A stretch of 63,287 nucleotides of DNA, filler included, from Hyphochytrium catenoides (taxonomy: Eukaryota; Protista; Hyphochytriomycota): NCBI GenBank assembly GCA_900088475.1. It is 9 parts of 9 records of this genome, joined end to end, with 100 filler letters (N's around TTAATTAATTAA, not from the genome) between each part and the next. Parts side by side here need not be neighbours in the genome. Positions count along the whole stretch, not along the records: positions 45,612 to 58,882 come from FLMG01001796.1; positions 58,983 to 63,287 come from FLMG01001049.1; 7 more parts are not named here. The stretch is one strand, 5' to 3'. How positions within the stretch are numbered: position 1 is the stretch's first letter; each line of letters begins with the position of its first letter. Positions 49,197 through 62,096 of this stretch are shown piece after piece. The notes below the pieces were generated by a model. That model saw only the letters and a program-made list of their open reading frames with translations. It was not told the DNA's origin and searched no databases. The translations under genes were made by a program, and so were the position numbers.

Positions 49197-52100
49197 ATGG
49201 AGCCCAACAGCAGGAGGGAACACGGAGTGGAGCTAAAAGCAGGGGTGGTAGAGTCTTTACAATCCAATAAGCTCTTGCTATCTACGGTGAGTGGGTGGCT
49301 TTATAGGCTATTATGTAGCAGTGTGACCTGACTATCTCCACGTAGCCTGGCTCTGCTCTTGTTATGGAGCCTGGAACAGAAGCCCCGATGCCAGATCAGC
49401 TCTTTCCCTCCCTCTCTCACCCTATTCGGAACAGGCTGCAGGAGCTAATCAGGTCTGCCATACCGGAAAGCGAGGTGATTTCTCTTCTTAGCTCGACCAA
49501 GCAAGCGCGTGGTAAGTTCACCTGCCTAACTATTCCTATACTCCTTCTGAAGCGTCCAGTGACAGGAGTGATCAATGGCGAGAGTCTTGTCACCCTTTCG
49601 CGAAAACTAGGGGAATCCTTACAGCGCGCAGAAGCATTTGCGGGATTTAGAGACGTGATATGCCATAAGCTGAGGGACGCGGGAAGAGAGCTTGTGGCAG
49701 AAGGCTTTCAGTCCGTCCAGGCTGACATCCACTCGGGTAATAATGGAAGAGCAGTGCGAACATAAGTGCTGATGAGAGGACACAGAAAGGAGTATATAGG
49801 AGTAAATAACGGAGGCGAGAAGAGCTGGAGAGGAAGAGAGACCAGAATAGACCAAAAGATTGACAAGAGCAAAGCTAATGGTAGGGAGATTCTTGCCTGC
49901 GAGCGGCAAAGTGCGAAAGCAGTGAAACCCGCGACCAAGCAGTTGCAATGCCTTGAGAGCTGAGCGTATTCCACTCTCTATCTGACAGATACCGAGACGC
50001 TTGAGAGCAAAGAGGATGTGAGCAAAATGGACGTGAATACTGACATTGAGGAGGGAGGAGAGGAAGATGAGGGAGATGGCTTTGGTTTGTTGTCCATGGG
50101 TTCCAGGTAAGGGTGAGTCCTCTTGGACTTGGTTGATGCTGCTGATGTGAATTCGCGTGCTAGTCTCCCGTCCTATGAGCTCTTGGAAGAGATTCTTAGG
50201 AAGCTCCAGCAAGGAGAAACAGAGGCAGTAGAAGAGGCTATGGGTCTACTATCAGAGGTGTGAAGAAATGGTCGTCCCTCTTTCCAGGTGGCTGTTCCTA
50301 CAGATGCTACGGTCTCTCTCTAACGGAGTCTTCTTCAGTATTCTCCAGACGACATTTTGTACTCCGAGCACGCTCGCGCGTTCCTTAGCGCATTTTGTTC
50401 CCTTGCCAGAAGCGACATCTTCTTATCCCCGGCTCTGTCTATGTCCAATCTCCGGTGGCTCTATGACTTCTGCAGATTCGGGTCAGCTGCAATGCGAGCA
50501 ATGGTGCTCATAGCTCTTTTGGAAGATGCCCTACACCAGGGCGACAGCGCATCAATGATCACCAGCTTCTTCTCTGCTGATAGCTGTGCTTTCGAGCCGC
50601 GGATTGCTAGAGTAGAAAATCAACTAAGCGCTCTCCCGAGAGGGAAAGTCGCTATTATATGCCACCTTCTGACAGTTCTACCAGGTGATTTCCTTCATCT
50701 TGCTCCAGATCAACAACGCACGCTCTTCCAGGTGGTGGCTCGATACCTCAAAGTATCCCTTACTAGGGTTGGACAGCAGGTGGCGGTCGTGACACAGAGA
50801 TATGAAGAACACTCCATCGCTGCGAGGGANNNNNNNNNNNNNNNNNNNNNNNNNNNNNNNNNNNNNNNNNNNNNNNNNNNNNNNNNNNNNNNNNNNNNNA
50901 CCCTCATATCAGGCCTTGGCTTGGAGTTGGCTATGTACGTCAACAAATGCTCTCCTTTTTGTTGGAAGAGGGCTGCATAGAGGCAATAGATGACGCCATA
51001 AGTGGGCCCAGGACATGCAACCTTACTTGCCTTCCGCAGGTCTCTACAAACCGTTCCGTCCTTCGCAGCTACCGGAAAATCTCGTTACTGACGCGCACCC
51101 CCTTCTCCTGCCGTGTACCCTACTGACTTCACCTCCTTACCTAGGCGCTGGAACTCGCGTGCTTGTTAGCGGACTACGAAGTTGAAATCTCGCTCTTGCA
51201 GCGTGAATATCCTTCATTAGTACCAGTTAACGTTTCTCACCCGGATCATGATGCAAATGAAGAAAAGTACCTGCCAGCAAGTAACACTAACAATAGACTC
51301 TATCTAGTGCGGGAGAAGAATTGTGCCCTTATGGACAGAATACGGAATTTGCAGCCTCCGTTCAGACCAGAATTCTGGCTCCCAATTGCAATCAACGTGA
51401 GCCTCCTTTGCCCTTAACACTAGCTATGGTTCTACTTTTATGGCTAATCTTCCTACTTCGTCTTGCTATTTAGCTGTCATTTATTGTTGTCTACTGTTCC
51501 TCAAACATAAGGATCCCTTTCCGGCAAGATACTGAGAGCTGTTAACCTACCCATTGGCTTCTTATATGTAGATCGCTGAGGAGAGCCTGGTCACGGATCA
51601 ATACGATGTGGCCATGGTATGTGCCATAAATGAAGAGGAATGGCGAATTCGGTCGTGTGTCTTGTTGAATGAAGATTCTTCTAACGGCTCCTACTCTTCT
51701 TTACTCGTTTTCCTTGTGCGCTGAATATCAGGCTGCCCTAGATTTTATTCAAGTATATATGGAGAAAAGGCCTGAAGGCTTTTCCCCAAGCTCTATCAAA
51801 TACAGCCTGCGGCTTTTGATCATTTTGTCTGAGGTACGGCTTCTGCCATCCGCTCGCACTGGACTGTGCATGTCTTTTAAGATGCCCTTCGTGTTGCCTT
51901 ATGCCCTTTCCATTCTTACCTCCTCATTTCTACCTTCAGAAGCTGGAGTCCGTCACTCTGTCTTTTCATGACGCATCGGAGAATGAAGATGCGGGTTTTG
52001 AACCCTTTGCTAGTACTTCACCCTTACCTTTACCGCTTGTGATGGGCACCATCACCTCTCTACTTGCGGCTATACACCGTCGGTGCCATTCAAGATCTCC

Positions 52101-54608
52101 ACCAATATCGCAAGAGACGGAGACGGCCGAACTTCATAGAGTGATGAAGAAGACCACGGCTGTGGCGGTAGCTTGCCTTGCGCAGTATTGCACAAGAGGA
52201 TATGCCGCTGCTACTGAAGAAAATCAAATGCTCTCTGTTCTTACTACCCGCAGCTTTCTCCTGTTTTGTTCCAAGAGCGCCGAGTTGGGTGTTCCGGAGG
52301 ACTGGTCCCTCACAGATGAAGCTCAAGAGCTCGGTTGGGTCCTTCAGGCAAAAGCACTCAGGAATTCATTGGAGGCAAGCATCTGTTTCTGCTTGCTTCA
52401 AGCAAGAGCTAGTGCCATCCTACGAACACACCCTGGTAAAAACACAACCTCTAGAATGCTAAGCTCAAATGAGCCTCAACTTGGACAGCGCCATCTTCTA
52501 TCTTCAATCTGGCTCCTTCGGCGCTGTATAACGGCAAGCCTTAGCTTCTCCACTCAACCATTTCCTTCCCTTGCGAGCGTATCTGCTCAACTAGCCATCA
52601 TGGCAGGCACAGACGATGAGCTGATGGCCTTTGGGACCATACAAAGGGAGCTGTTGGATAACTTGAGAGCAGCTCTAGAAAGCGGTGAGCCACCTGAGAT
52701 AGGAGGAATCGGGGAGGTCGAACATGGATGCATGGAAGATGCTGAAGATACGAGTAACCATGTTGCTTACTCTTTGTACCTCCTTAAGCTCCTGGCAATT
52801 TGTGGACGAGATTGGAGCAAAGATAAGGAAGGCAGCATCTTATACTTCATTCAAAATGCTCTCTTAGGAGAGCCAAAGAGCGGTCACTCTCCTCTGCCTC
52901 GCATCTCAAGCCTCATAGGCTTACGGCTCCTACGCTATGTAGCACAAACGCTGCCCTCAACTTCACTCACAAAAGTGCGGCATCCAGACACGCAACTAGG
53001 AAGTCAGTTGCAGGTGCTGGTAACAGAGATCCAAGAAACATTAATGACCGTCACGTGGGAGGACGAATGGACCGTGGAGGCGGCAAAGCTCAGTGCTGTA
53101 ACTCTTCTTCCCGTTCCAGAGCCTTCTAGCGCACAGGGGGTTGAAGGAGAAAAGAACGTAGACGGAACACGGCTGAATGCAGATAATATGCCTCTTGTCT
53201 CTCTTGTCCCTCAAATCGCCCAAGGGCTTGGCAACTGGGAAGAACTTGTCTCCATCCTTACCAAATATGCGCAGGGCCACCGAGAAGCCCAGGAGGCACT
53301 CTACTGTCTCATCATGGGAGAGCTAGCAAAACGTCCCATTCCACGGGATTCGTCGAATTCCCTTGAGGCGGGCTCATTTGACACATCCGTGGACGAGGAG
53401 TCAGCGTGGCAGTACTATAAGAGAGCGATAGGAGACATCAGCGAGAGGCAAAGGGATATCTTCTTGACTGGCTACAGAGGTAATTGACCGTGATTTCCCC
53501 GCTCTGATGGTTGGTTAAGTGTATTCGCTCTCCCTCTGTCCCTCGGCTTATGACATGGTTTTCTGTTTGCTCTATTCCGACTCTACAGCCATTGTTTGAC
53601 CCTTCGTATCTTCTCTCGCTTGTCGCATTCGCGTATCCGATTACGCGGACGTTAGCACTGGGACGGCAAGTAGATGTACACCCGTTGATGTTCCTTTCTT
53701 ATCTATTGAGTGGCTTGGATCTTCACCGGTAGGTGAGAGGGCTAAAGTTGGTTGGATGAGCCTTCGCCTGCATTCAATTTACTTTCTATCAATAACTAAT
53801 TCCCTTGCTTGTCTGCTCTCATTGTGGCCTGGGATCTCTACCGTTGCTACCTTGATAGAACATTAGCATTGTGGCGCTTGTGCCAAAGCCATGGCCTAGC
53901 TTTTGTCTCCTCTCATTTCGATAGGGTGGAGGACGAAGTCCACCTCCCAGCGTGGCTTAAGGTGGGCCTTGCAGTGGACAAGGCGTTAAAGAAGAAGCAT
54001 CACAAGGTAAGACGCAGTCAACCAGATCGCGCCTTATCTTCCTGTCCACAGGCGTTCCTATCCCTCATCAACTCATCCGTGAGCGAGTGCTTCTTTGATT
54101 AAGAAATATTCTGGGCCTATTTGGAGCTTTGTCTGGCCTCTCACGAAACTATTGCTTTCTTTCTTGATCCTTCAGCACCAGACTCAGGCACTTTGTCTTC
54201 TGCTTTTATTTTTTGACTTTGACAAGGTTCATCTTATAGTCTTCCTGTCTCTTTCCCTTCCTTCCTTAGCTCTGGGCAAGACTCAACACAAAGGTCCCCA
54301 TAGCTGTCATTGTATCTCACTGGCTGCGGACCTGCTGGCTCTTTCATTTACCATGGCCATTTACCATGAGCTACCTTGCTGTCTGCCTCCTATATGGAAG
54401 AGAATGGCAAGAGCACTGGCTTGTGGCCATATTCCTCAGCATGCAGTCGAAGGTTCAGCAGCTATCCTCTGCTTCCTCTTGCTTAGACGAGTTTGTCGGC
54501 CAGAGACTTTCTCTGCCCTCACTAGAGGAGTTTCTTGGGCTAGTCAACACTCTCGCCCAACGGGACAGGCTAGGAGACATAACCAGCCGAGACCATCAGT
54601 CTAGCTAA
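49197..54608 (+). CDS. TBC1D32: TBC1D32/BROMI (broad-minded)-like ciliary protein, highly diverged
   Basis: Multi-exon gene of >1000 aa. The last exon SHWLRTCWLFHLPWPFTMSYLAVCLLYGREWQEHWLVAIFLSMQ parallels the BROMI C-terminal pattern W..QCFWNYL.W....Y...C...G.DYQ.Y...A.F.H.Q as I recall it. An N-terminal helical region and YSPDDILYSEH are also compatible. Exon model partial. Confidence 0.7.
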
Positions 54609-56059
54609 TCCGCAAGACTGTTCCATGCACTGTTCAAGCAGACAATATGACAGGGCTTGCACGAAAAAGCTCAACAAAAGTTGATATATTGTAGGTCTAA
54701 AAAGGCGAAAGGCTCAGGTCTAGGAGTTAGACGAGCGCCAAAAGGCCCACCAAGCCAATTAATCTAGGCGAACAATACAAGGTAATAACACCATAGTACC
54801 GGTGTCCACCCAGCATGTTCGCCAATCCCAGAAGTCAGCGTAGAGAGACAATGCTAGATCTCGGCCCCTAATTTGTGGGCAGCAGTCAGAGCTACTTCTA
54901 CTGCTGGAAATGAGGATGGTCAAAACACCTCGAGTTCAGAGGACCGTAACATGCTGGATCCACCTACGTGCTCGGCTGGGCAGTCTTTGAAGTTCGTTCT
55001 TTGGTATGGACAGTATTAAACTACCTTCTTCACCGTCTCTCCTACAGCTCTAGATAAGAACTGTGCGGTCTTTCACGCATGCGGTCTCTGCTAGCATGGA
55101 AAAAGCAGTGCTTCATTCAATGGTTCTGCTGCTAACTAAAACGCTCACCAACGCAACGTCAGGGGAACATTAGAACTGACTCGGGTCAATCTGCGTCCAA
55201 CGCATATCTAGCACTAAAACTGTTGTCCGCGCTGACAAATAATAAAGAAGGGACCTGCAACTCGCAACTCTTTATCCATCTACTCTTCTCTCGTCTCCAT
55301 CTTCTACGATCACAAGCCTTGGACGGATGAGAGATTATCGGCAACTGGGTCCATGCAGATGACGATGGTGATGAAGGAAGGAGGAACAGCCCCGATTGCC
55401 CGCCGCGATCCGTCTATCTGTCCACTTTTTGACATGTGAGGCTGACAACAGCCACCCACGAAAGATTACCAGTGGAATCTTTCAAAAGGTACTAAGAAGA
55501 TTGTATTATGTCAGTGCAGTGGTTGATAGAATTCACTCTATGAAACCCTGGAAAGATTCCTCCCATCCAGATACCTTTCGCCTTAGCACGCTGATCAAGT
55601 CAAAATCAATGTTGCGCTAGACTCACAACAGTATATTATCATACATTAACGTTACAGACTCAGCTTGTCGGCTCCCTCACACACACAATTTGTATATCGT
55701 CTTTATGACGGCGAAGGTAGGTTGCCTGACAGTAGTTTGAGCTTTTGAAGTAGACACTCAGATGAATTGCTGTCAACGGCTCCTCTGGTGCAGCCCTGCT
55801 GTCCCGTTCACTCGCTTGTCATCCATCCTGTTGTCTGCTTCGCTGCTTCCTGGTCAGCATCCTCTGTCTCTGTCTCTCAAGAACACTATTATCCTGCTTT
55901 GGAGACTGCTTCGTAAGGTGTAAGGCATCTTCTAGGGCTTTCTGGGGTTAGAGAGCCAGGCAGAGTTATACGAAGGTGAGCTGCTATTCTGGATCTCTCT
56001 CCGCTGATCAAAGAAATTCTGAGAGTGCCTGGTGGCTGGACTACTCTTCTCCAGGAAGC

Positions 56060-57126
56060 ATGGAGGAAGTCATGGAGAAGATCCGCTTTGCCTTGGAGAA
56101 CCCTGCTCAGGCAGACTTCTCTGATCCGGTTCTTCTGGCTACTGCTGGCGCTGTTGCTGCCGGCGCTTTAGGTTGGTCAACCTTGAACTGTCCCCGAAAA
56201 GCCATGTGATGAGTGGCCTGACGTCGTAATCTTCAGGATTGCTAGTGATGATATGCGGCAGTGGGGGAGGCAGCAGGCCCAGCAAGGGCGCCACCACCAA
56301 GAGCACATCCCGCAAGAGCACATCAAGCAGCAATATTACCACTAGAAGTAGCATCAAGAAGAGCCAGCAGGAGGCCCAGGAAGTTGCAGAGAAGTCTGCC
56401 CCCACACCTTCCAAGAAGAAAGCAACTAAGAAGGATGAGAAGCGGCCATCCAAGACATCTGCAGCAAAAGCTCCGGTTCCATCTCCCAAGAAGGCCGCGC
56501 CACAAGAGGTATATTGAGTCCACCGCATTTTGCATTGCTCTCTCTCCTCTCTCTCGCATCTCCGTGTCCTTCTTTCTTATGGTCAGCCTCTTCTAGCTCC
56601 TTCTTGCCCTTTCAATTTGCCCTTCATGATAAAGGGGCTCATACTAATGCTTGATATAGTCTTCAGACTCAGACTCCGACGAGGAACCTATCGCTGCACC
56701 TGTAAAGAAGCGCGTACGAAAGAAGAAGAATAAGAACGCTGGTAAGTCGCATCTCTATCATAGAATGTAGGTTAAGCTATGGCTCCATATCTCTTCTTAC
56801 ATGCCGGGTAAAATCTATCTGCCAGACTCTACCACCACGTCGGAGAACAAGTCAACGCAAAACAAGCCCTCCGCTGAAGTTGAACTGCCACCGGTACGTT
56901 TTTGCCTCCTAGTCTGATGTATCTTCAAGCACCCGCTGGCTGCTCTTCTTGCCCCTTTTGACTGAAGCCACTCGGATTGTTTGGCGCGCTGTGTGCCGCT
57001 AAACGACCTTTACTTGTCCCTTCACAGGTTGAAGACGGATGGGAGCGGGTGTCTTACAAGAAGAAGAGAGCTTCCCGGGCAGTTCCATCTGAAGGGGCGT
57101 CTGAGAGCTTGGAAAAGACTGACTAA
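56060..57126 (+). CDS. Single-pass membrane protein with Lys/Ser-rich cytosolic tail
   Basis: Five GT-AG exons splice in frame: MEEVMEKIRF...VLLATAGAVAAGALGLLVMICG (TM)...KKKATKK...SSDSDSDEE..KKRVRKKKNK...EDGWERVSYKKKR...KTD*. Confidence 0.78.
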
Positions 57127-58072
57127 TGGACAACTGTCAACTTTCTGAGCGCCTTTCGCTCGGTCTGTGACCAACCTGCCAGGATACTCAGCTGCTTATA
57201 AGTGCGTACATAATGCTCGAATAATGCTCATACAGCCATCAATGCTTCATGGCCCCCTAGGGAGTCAATGGTGCCGTTTCTTCAGCGGGATATTTGTCCT
57301 ATAATGAAGAGAAAAGCCATAGAGAAGCCTGGGCGGGGCCAAGAGGTCAGTCGGTCCGCAGGATAAGGAAATGGCAAGATGAACGCGACACTGCACAAGA
57401 GATAGAGTCCGACGGGTGACTTTTTCCAAGAGAAGAGACAACATTGGAGCTCCTCTGAAGCTCCTCAGGCTGTCTCTGGAGGAGGGCAACGAAGACAAAT
57501 GATGAGAAGGCACGGGCAACTCTTGGCCCAACTATGAGGCGATGTGATGTGTTGACGAAGGGCTGGATTGCTTTGTGTCCAATCGGTCCACTATTCAGAA
57601 TAGCCTAAGTTAGTAATACGATGATGCCCACAATTGATGGACATGATATTAGATATTACAGCTTATTATTCAGGATACCGTATCCCGAAAGGTTTTGGGA
57701 TGTCATCATAATCTTCAAGCGCGGCCATTCTGCCCTTCCCCAGACCAGCGCCATCAGGATCAGAAGCATCTGGTTTCCTGCTCTGCACCGACCCGCCAAC
57801 AGCTGAACTATCATGGCAAAAGCACGCACCGACAACAGGTAGAAAGGGCGATCTCTCTTGGCCGCGCAAGCCCTGGCATCTCTGCCGATTGCACTCTCTT
57901 TCATGGCCGTCAAGGTTTCTGTGACGGTGACCTCAATCTCAACGTGGACTGCTTCGGCTACTCAGTAAGAGGTGGCGCGGTCTCCTACGGGCCGCTCCAG
58001 ACTATGTAAGCTGTCTTGCTCCTCGGCTGGATAGAGCGATAGGCCTGCCGCCTGGCTCCTTTACCTGCTACG

Positions 58073-58258
58073 ATGGAGGCTGGGGCTGGTAGAGGAGGCG
58101 AAAGCCTGCTATCTCTTGTGATTATAGCCTTCTCTGAGTCTAGCCTCAATGACTCAATCATCGCCTTCGCCAGCTATTGCTCGTTTTTCATCTTTGCATA
58201 CGTTTTCTTCTCCCTCTGGCTATTCCGGGATTATGAGGTCAAGGATGTCCTTGTCCAG
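58073..58258 (+). CDS. GPR89: GPR89/GPHR (GTG-like Golgi pH regulator), first exon only
   Basis: SFFIFAYVFFSLWLFRDYEVKDVLVQ followed by a GTAAC donor; FF...LF(R/K)DYEV is the family N-terminal signature. The remainder is lost at the linker. Confidence 0.82.
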
Positions 58259-58982
58259 GTAACTCGAAGCGTCTGATGGGCTGCGTCTCTTCATCGCGGC
58301 CTCGCTACCTTCTGCTTAGGCACCTATTGACCTTTATTTTCGCTTTTTCCTTCCTTTCGTATGTTCGCTGCCACTGGCTCCAGTGGCAGACTGGACAAGG
58401 CCCGTCTTCAATTTCCGAATCTGTCCAAAGTCTCGCCACCGTTGCCATTCAGTCGTCAACCTTTATCCCTGTCTCTAGTGATGTTATTCTGGCAAAGCCT
58501 TGTCACATGTTCGCACTGCCTTCTCCATTGGTTCTCTCGCCTCGGCTGTCTGGATACTTTGCCTCTTTCTCTTTGTCAACTATCTAGCTTTCTGTTCTCA
58601 GTCACGTTTCTTCTATCGGGTGCCTCCTCGCTTCTCTCTCTCCTTGTGTCTCTCTCTTTCTATGTCTCTCTCTCTTTCAGTATAACATGCTCCTGCCTAT
58701 CGTTACTCCGTCTGTCATGCCCTGGCAAGATCACGCTCACAAAAAAATAACTCCTTCCCTTCTCTTTTGTACTGTTGTTCGTCCATCCCCTTCTATCTCT
58801 ATTGCTCCATCTATCCCCCTACTCCCTCATCTTTTCGTTCATACCTTTCCCCATGTCCGTCTCTAGATACTCTTCTCTCTCANNNNNNNNNNNNNNNNNN
58901 NNNNNNNNNNNNNNNNNNNNNNNNNNTTAATTAATTAANNNNNNNNNNNNNNNNNNNNNNNNNNNNNNNNNNNNNNNNNNNN

Positions 58983-60037
58983 AGGGCTGAAATCGCTTCA
59001 TCAGAGGAAAGCCTGGACACACGGGCGAATGGAAGAGGCTTCGGACGAGCAGAGGCAGACCGAGGAGCTCCGGAAGCAGCTACATTCACATAGGAGCGAA
59101 CGGCGGGGACAACGCCAGGTGGCACCTGAGGGACTAGAGGAGGAGTAGGAAGAGGAAGAGAGGTGGCGACCGAAGACTGAACAGGAGAAGGACTAGGGAA
59201 AGAAGGAAGAGAAGCAGGAGGAGCGGTAGACGAAGCTGGAGTGACCGATGAGATCGAGGAGAGAGAAGCAGAAGGCATCACTGGCAGGGAGGCAGGCAAA
59301 GGAGCAGCAGGAGCCAAACTCCCAGACACCTCCATAGCAGAGGACGAAGAAGCAGAAGCAACTAGAGGGGCAGGCGTTACAGAAGAGAGTGGGGAGGTGG
59401 AAGCGTCGTTAGCTGCTCCCGAGCGCGCCTCAGAACTGCGGAGAGAGGAGTTCCGCAAATCTGCAACAGATCATCAGCAGCTTGTTCGTTAGAAAGGATG
59501 GGATCTTCTTTATTAGCAGAGAGAGCGACCTGAAGATTCGAGACCGAGCCGGTCAGCGAATTGAGAGCGGCTTCGAAGGCGTTGGATCGGCTGATCAAAG
59601 AGATTACCAGCTTTTCCAAGGTCCAGGCATGCCATGCCGGGCAAAGCGGTTCAGGTCTCGTCTAGAGATGGGCACAGGCTCATCCGGATCATCACAGTCG
59701 CTAGCACAGTGGTCAGCAGCCAGCGTTGAATGCAGGATCCTCCTTTGGATTTTCAGGAGGAGAAAAAGAGGAGAGTCTTCCTCTCAAAGTCTATGGCGAC
59801 TCTTCTACGCCTCTTACAAAGAGGAGCGTCAGCTTGCCCCTGACGAGCATCTTCGATCCCATCACCAGAATTCACCGAGCCCATAAGGGAATCATCCTCC
59901 TCCTCGAGAACTTCTTCTTCAACTCGACTGTCCATGACGGCCGTCGAGTCAGGCCACATCTTGGAAACTTCGCCACCAGCAGGTTCAAGTCCAATCGACA
60001 GAGAGCTCTTCGAGAGCTTCTCCACCTCCGATGCCAT
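58983..60037 (-). pseudogene. Frameshifted ORF1/gag-like 5' end of a probable non-LTR retrotransposon
   Basis: Three consecutive minus-strand frames (acidic MASEVEK..., coiled-coil FEAALNSLTGSVSNLQVAL, Ser/Pro/Ala-rich) end in RSYVNVAASG, an SYAxVAA-type motif common in LINE ORF1. No splice signals were seen to join them. Confidence 0.55.
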
Positions 60038-62096
60038 TCCTAGCTTAAAAGAACGAGGGTAAAGAGAAGAGAAAGGCAAGGTTTTTCTATCAAAAGATTT
60101 ATCATAAATGATGATGATTAGCAGAGTGCTCCTCATTCCTTCCTCTCTCTCTTCACCATTTACTATAGGTCTCTTATTGTATATAGATTACTTCTTCTTC
60201 AATGGTGCTCATCCTTGTTTCCAGTCATCAGCAGTAGGATGATTGCTCGTTGTTGTCGAGGTGCCGTCATAGAGCCTCCTGTTCGTTCGTCCAAGAAGAG
60301 CTCCTCCTCTTCTTTCCAAGAGTGAGACGAGCCCCGAGGAAGAAAGAGGACCACACCGGTATGTGCCTACTACCATCAAGCTTCATCGCTTATTGAAGCC
60401 CCTTCGTTCCATGTTTGGCTTGGACAGCTACTCTTTATGGGCCTCTTCCTTGTTGGTTGATGCATATTGAAAGACTGCGTTGGGTCTACGGTCTTTGTTT
60501 CCATCGCCTCACCCCGGTGCTTGGCGGGATAAACATGATAGATGAAGGTTTCATTACGACTGCTGGTAGGCGGAAGAGCCATGGTGTCAAGCTCCTGCTG
60601 GTGCGAGCAGGCTGATGTGATGATAATAGCTGAAAAGAAGAAAGGATCAATCGAAGGGCGAGCACTTGTCGTTAGGTTCCACTTTTTCTTTCTTTTACAT
60701 CACAGCCAGGCCCATGGCACCACCACCACGACGCGCTCCTCGATGAGACGAGGAATTTTAGGAAGTGCGATGCACGGCGACTATGGTGCAGTGAGAAAGC
60801 TAGGAAGTACCGATCGACCATTTTTCATTTGCTGGCAACAATCGCTGCTGTTGTGACGGGCCTTGGGCGCCAGGCAGCAGCTCCTCACACTAACAGCAAT
60901 GGTACTCGAAGGCCCGGCGATCGGCAACTAAATCCTTTGTGGGCGGCCAACGTGACACTTCCTTTACTTCCTCTATAATGATGGCTCGGAAGGTTGCGCA
61001 TCGTGCCTAAAATTGAACAATCGATGATGATAATTAACCGCCACCGCACTTGTCATTTAGGAGAAGGAGGAGAAACAGGTTGGGCGTCAGTATGGAGATA
61101 ATAGTATGGCGATCCTTGCAGGATTTGGTTGGCTGCAGGCAGGCAGAGACACCTCTTCCTAGCGCTGTTTAGTTCTTGTCGCCTGCTGACGGCTGCTTTC
61201 TCCATTTGAGCTCTGGGCTCTTGCTGTTAGTACTCATTATAATGTTTTCAAGCTGAAGGATAGCGTTACATGCATATTAATAGAGGAGAATTTGCCTGAT
61301 GATCAGAGAGATGAATGTACCTTCAACTTCGCCTCAGGCAAGGCAAATAGGTGGTCGAAGTGCTACTAGAGCACATTGCTTCTTTCTTGAGAGCAGTCAC
61401 CGGCCGAATTTCTTGAGAGCAATCACCGGCCGAAGATGTTATGCTAGAATTACTTGTCTCTGATTAGGGCCTGAGGGAAAGAAGACACCAAGGAGAAGCC
61501 ACGAGCATTGCCTATGAACAAGAGGTGGAGAACGGTGTCTTGTTGGTAGTACTCCGTCCTAACATGCACGGCGGCGCTAGGGAAGGCATATCGTTGACAA
61601 GAAGACGTTCTTTACTAGGGTTGTGGTGACAGCAAGCACCACTACGCAGTTGTGTCCGCTCTGCTCTTCGTAAAGCTCTTGGAGTTTCTCTCCATTCTTC
61701 TGCAAGGTGGCTTACACTCAGCCCGTTCGTTAGAGTTGAGTACATTCGTTGCAGTCATATTATTCATCCGCGAAGGTTACCGTCGTCCCTTCATTCAGGC
61801 GACACACGTCCATGTGAAGAGGAACTTCAACGGACAGCGACAACCTCTTTCCTGGGCCACGTCGTCAGTCTCCAAATGTATACTGAACACATCGACATTC
61901 ATGGAGGACTTGAGAGGACACCATTATCATTATCAAGCAAAAGAACTGGATCTACGGGAGCCAGCAAAAGGGAAAATGGATATTCCCTCCGTCCAACGAC
62001 GATAGCTCGATCGATCCTTTTGAATAGTTTTCTTCTTTACACAGGCTCACCACTCCGTCGTGTCGGTTCTACTAGTGGCCAGACAACACTTGCCAC

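Noticed and set aside
49760-50120. Apparent in-frame TAA/TGA codons suggesting stop-codon reassignment
   Set aside because: They fall inside predicted introns (~49737-49988 and ~50107-50163); other genes end at standard stops.
49619-50212. 197-aa minus-strand ORF
   Set aside because: Antisense shadow of TBC1D32-like exons and introns, which have coherent GT-AG junctions on the plus strand.
51901-54608. Listerin/LTN1 as identity of the large gene
   Set aside because: No C-terminal RING was found, and the final exon fits BROMI better.
23705-54608. Functional cluster of membrane-trafficking genes (RabGAP, ArfGAP, clathrin light chain, TBC1D32, GPR89)
   Set aside because: They span at least two unlinked contigs, are interspersed with unrelated genes, and belong to common families; chance is sufficient.
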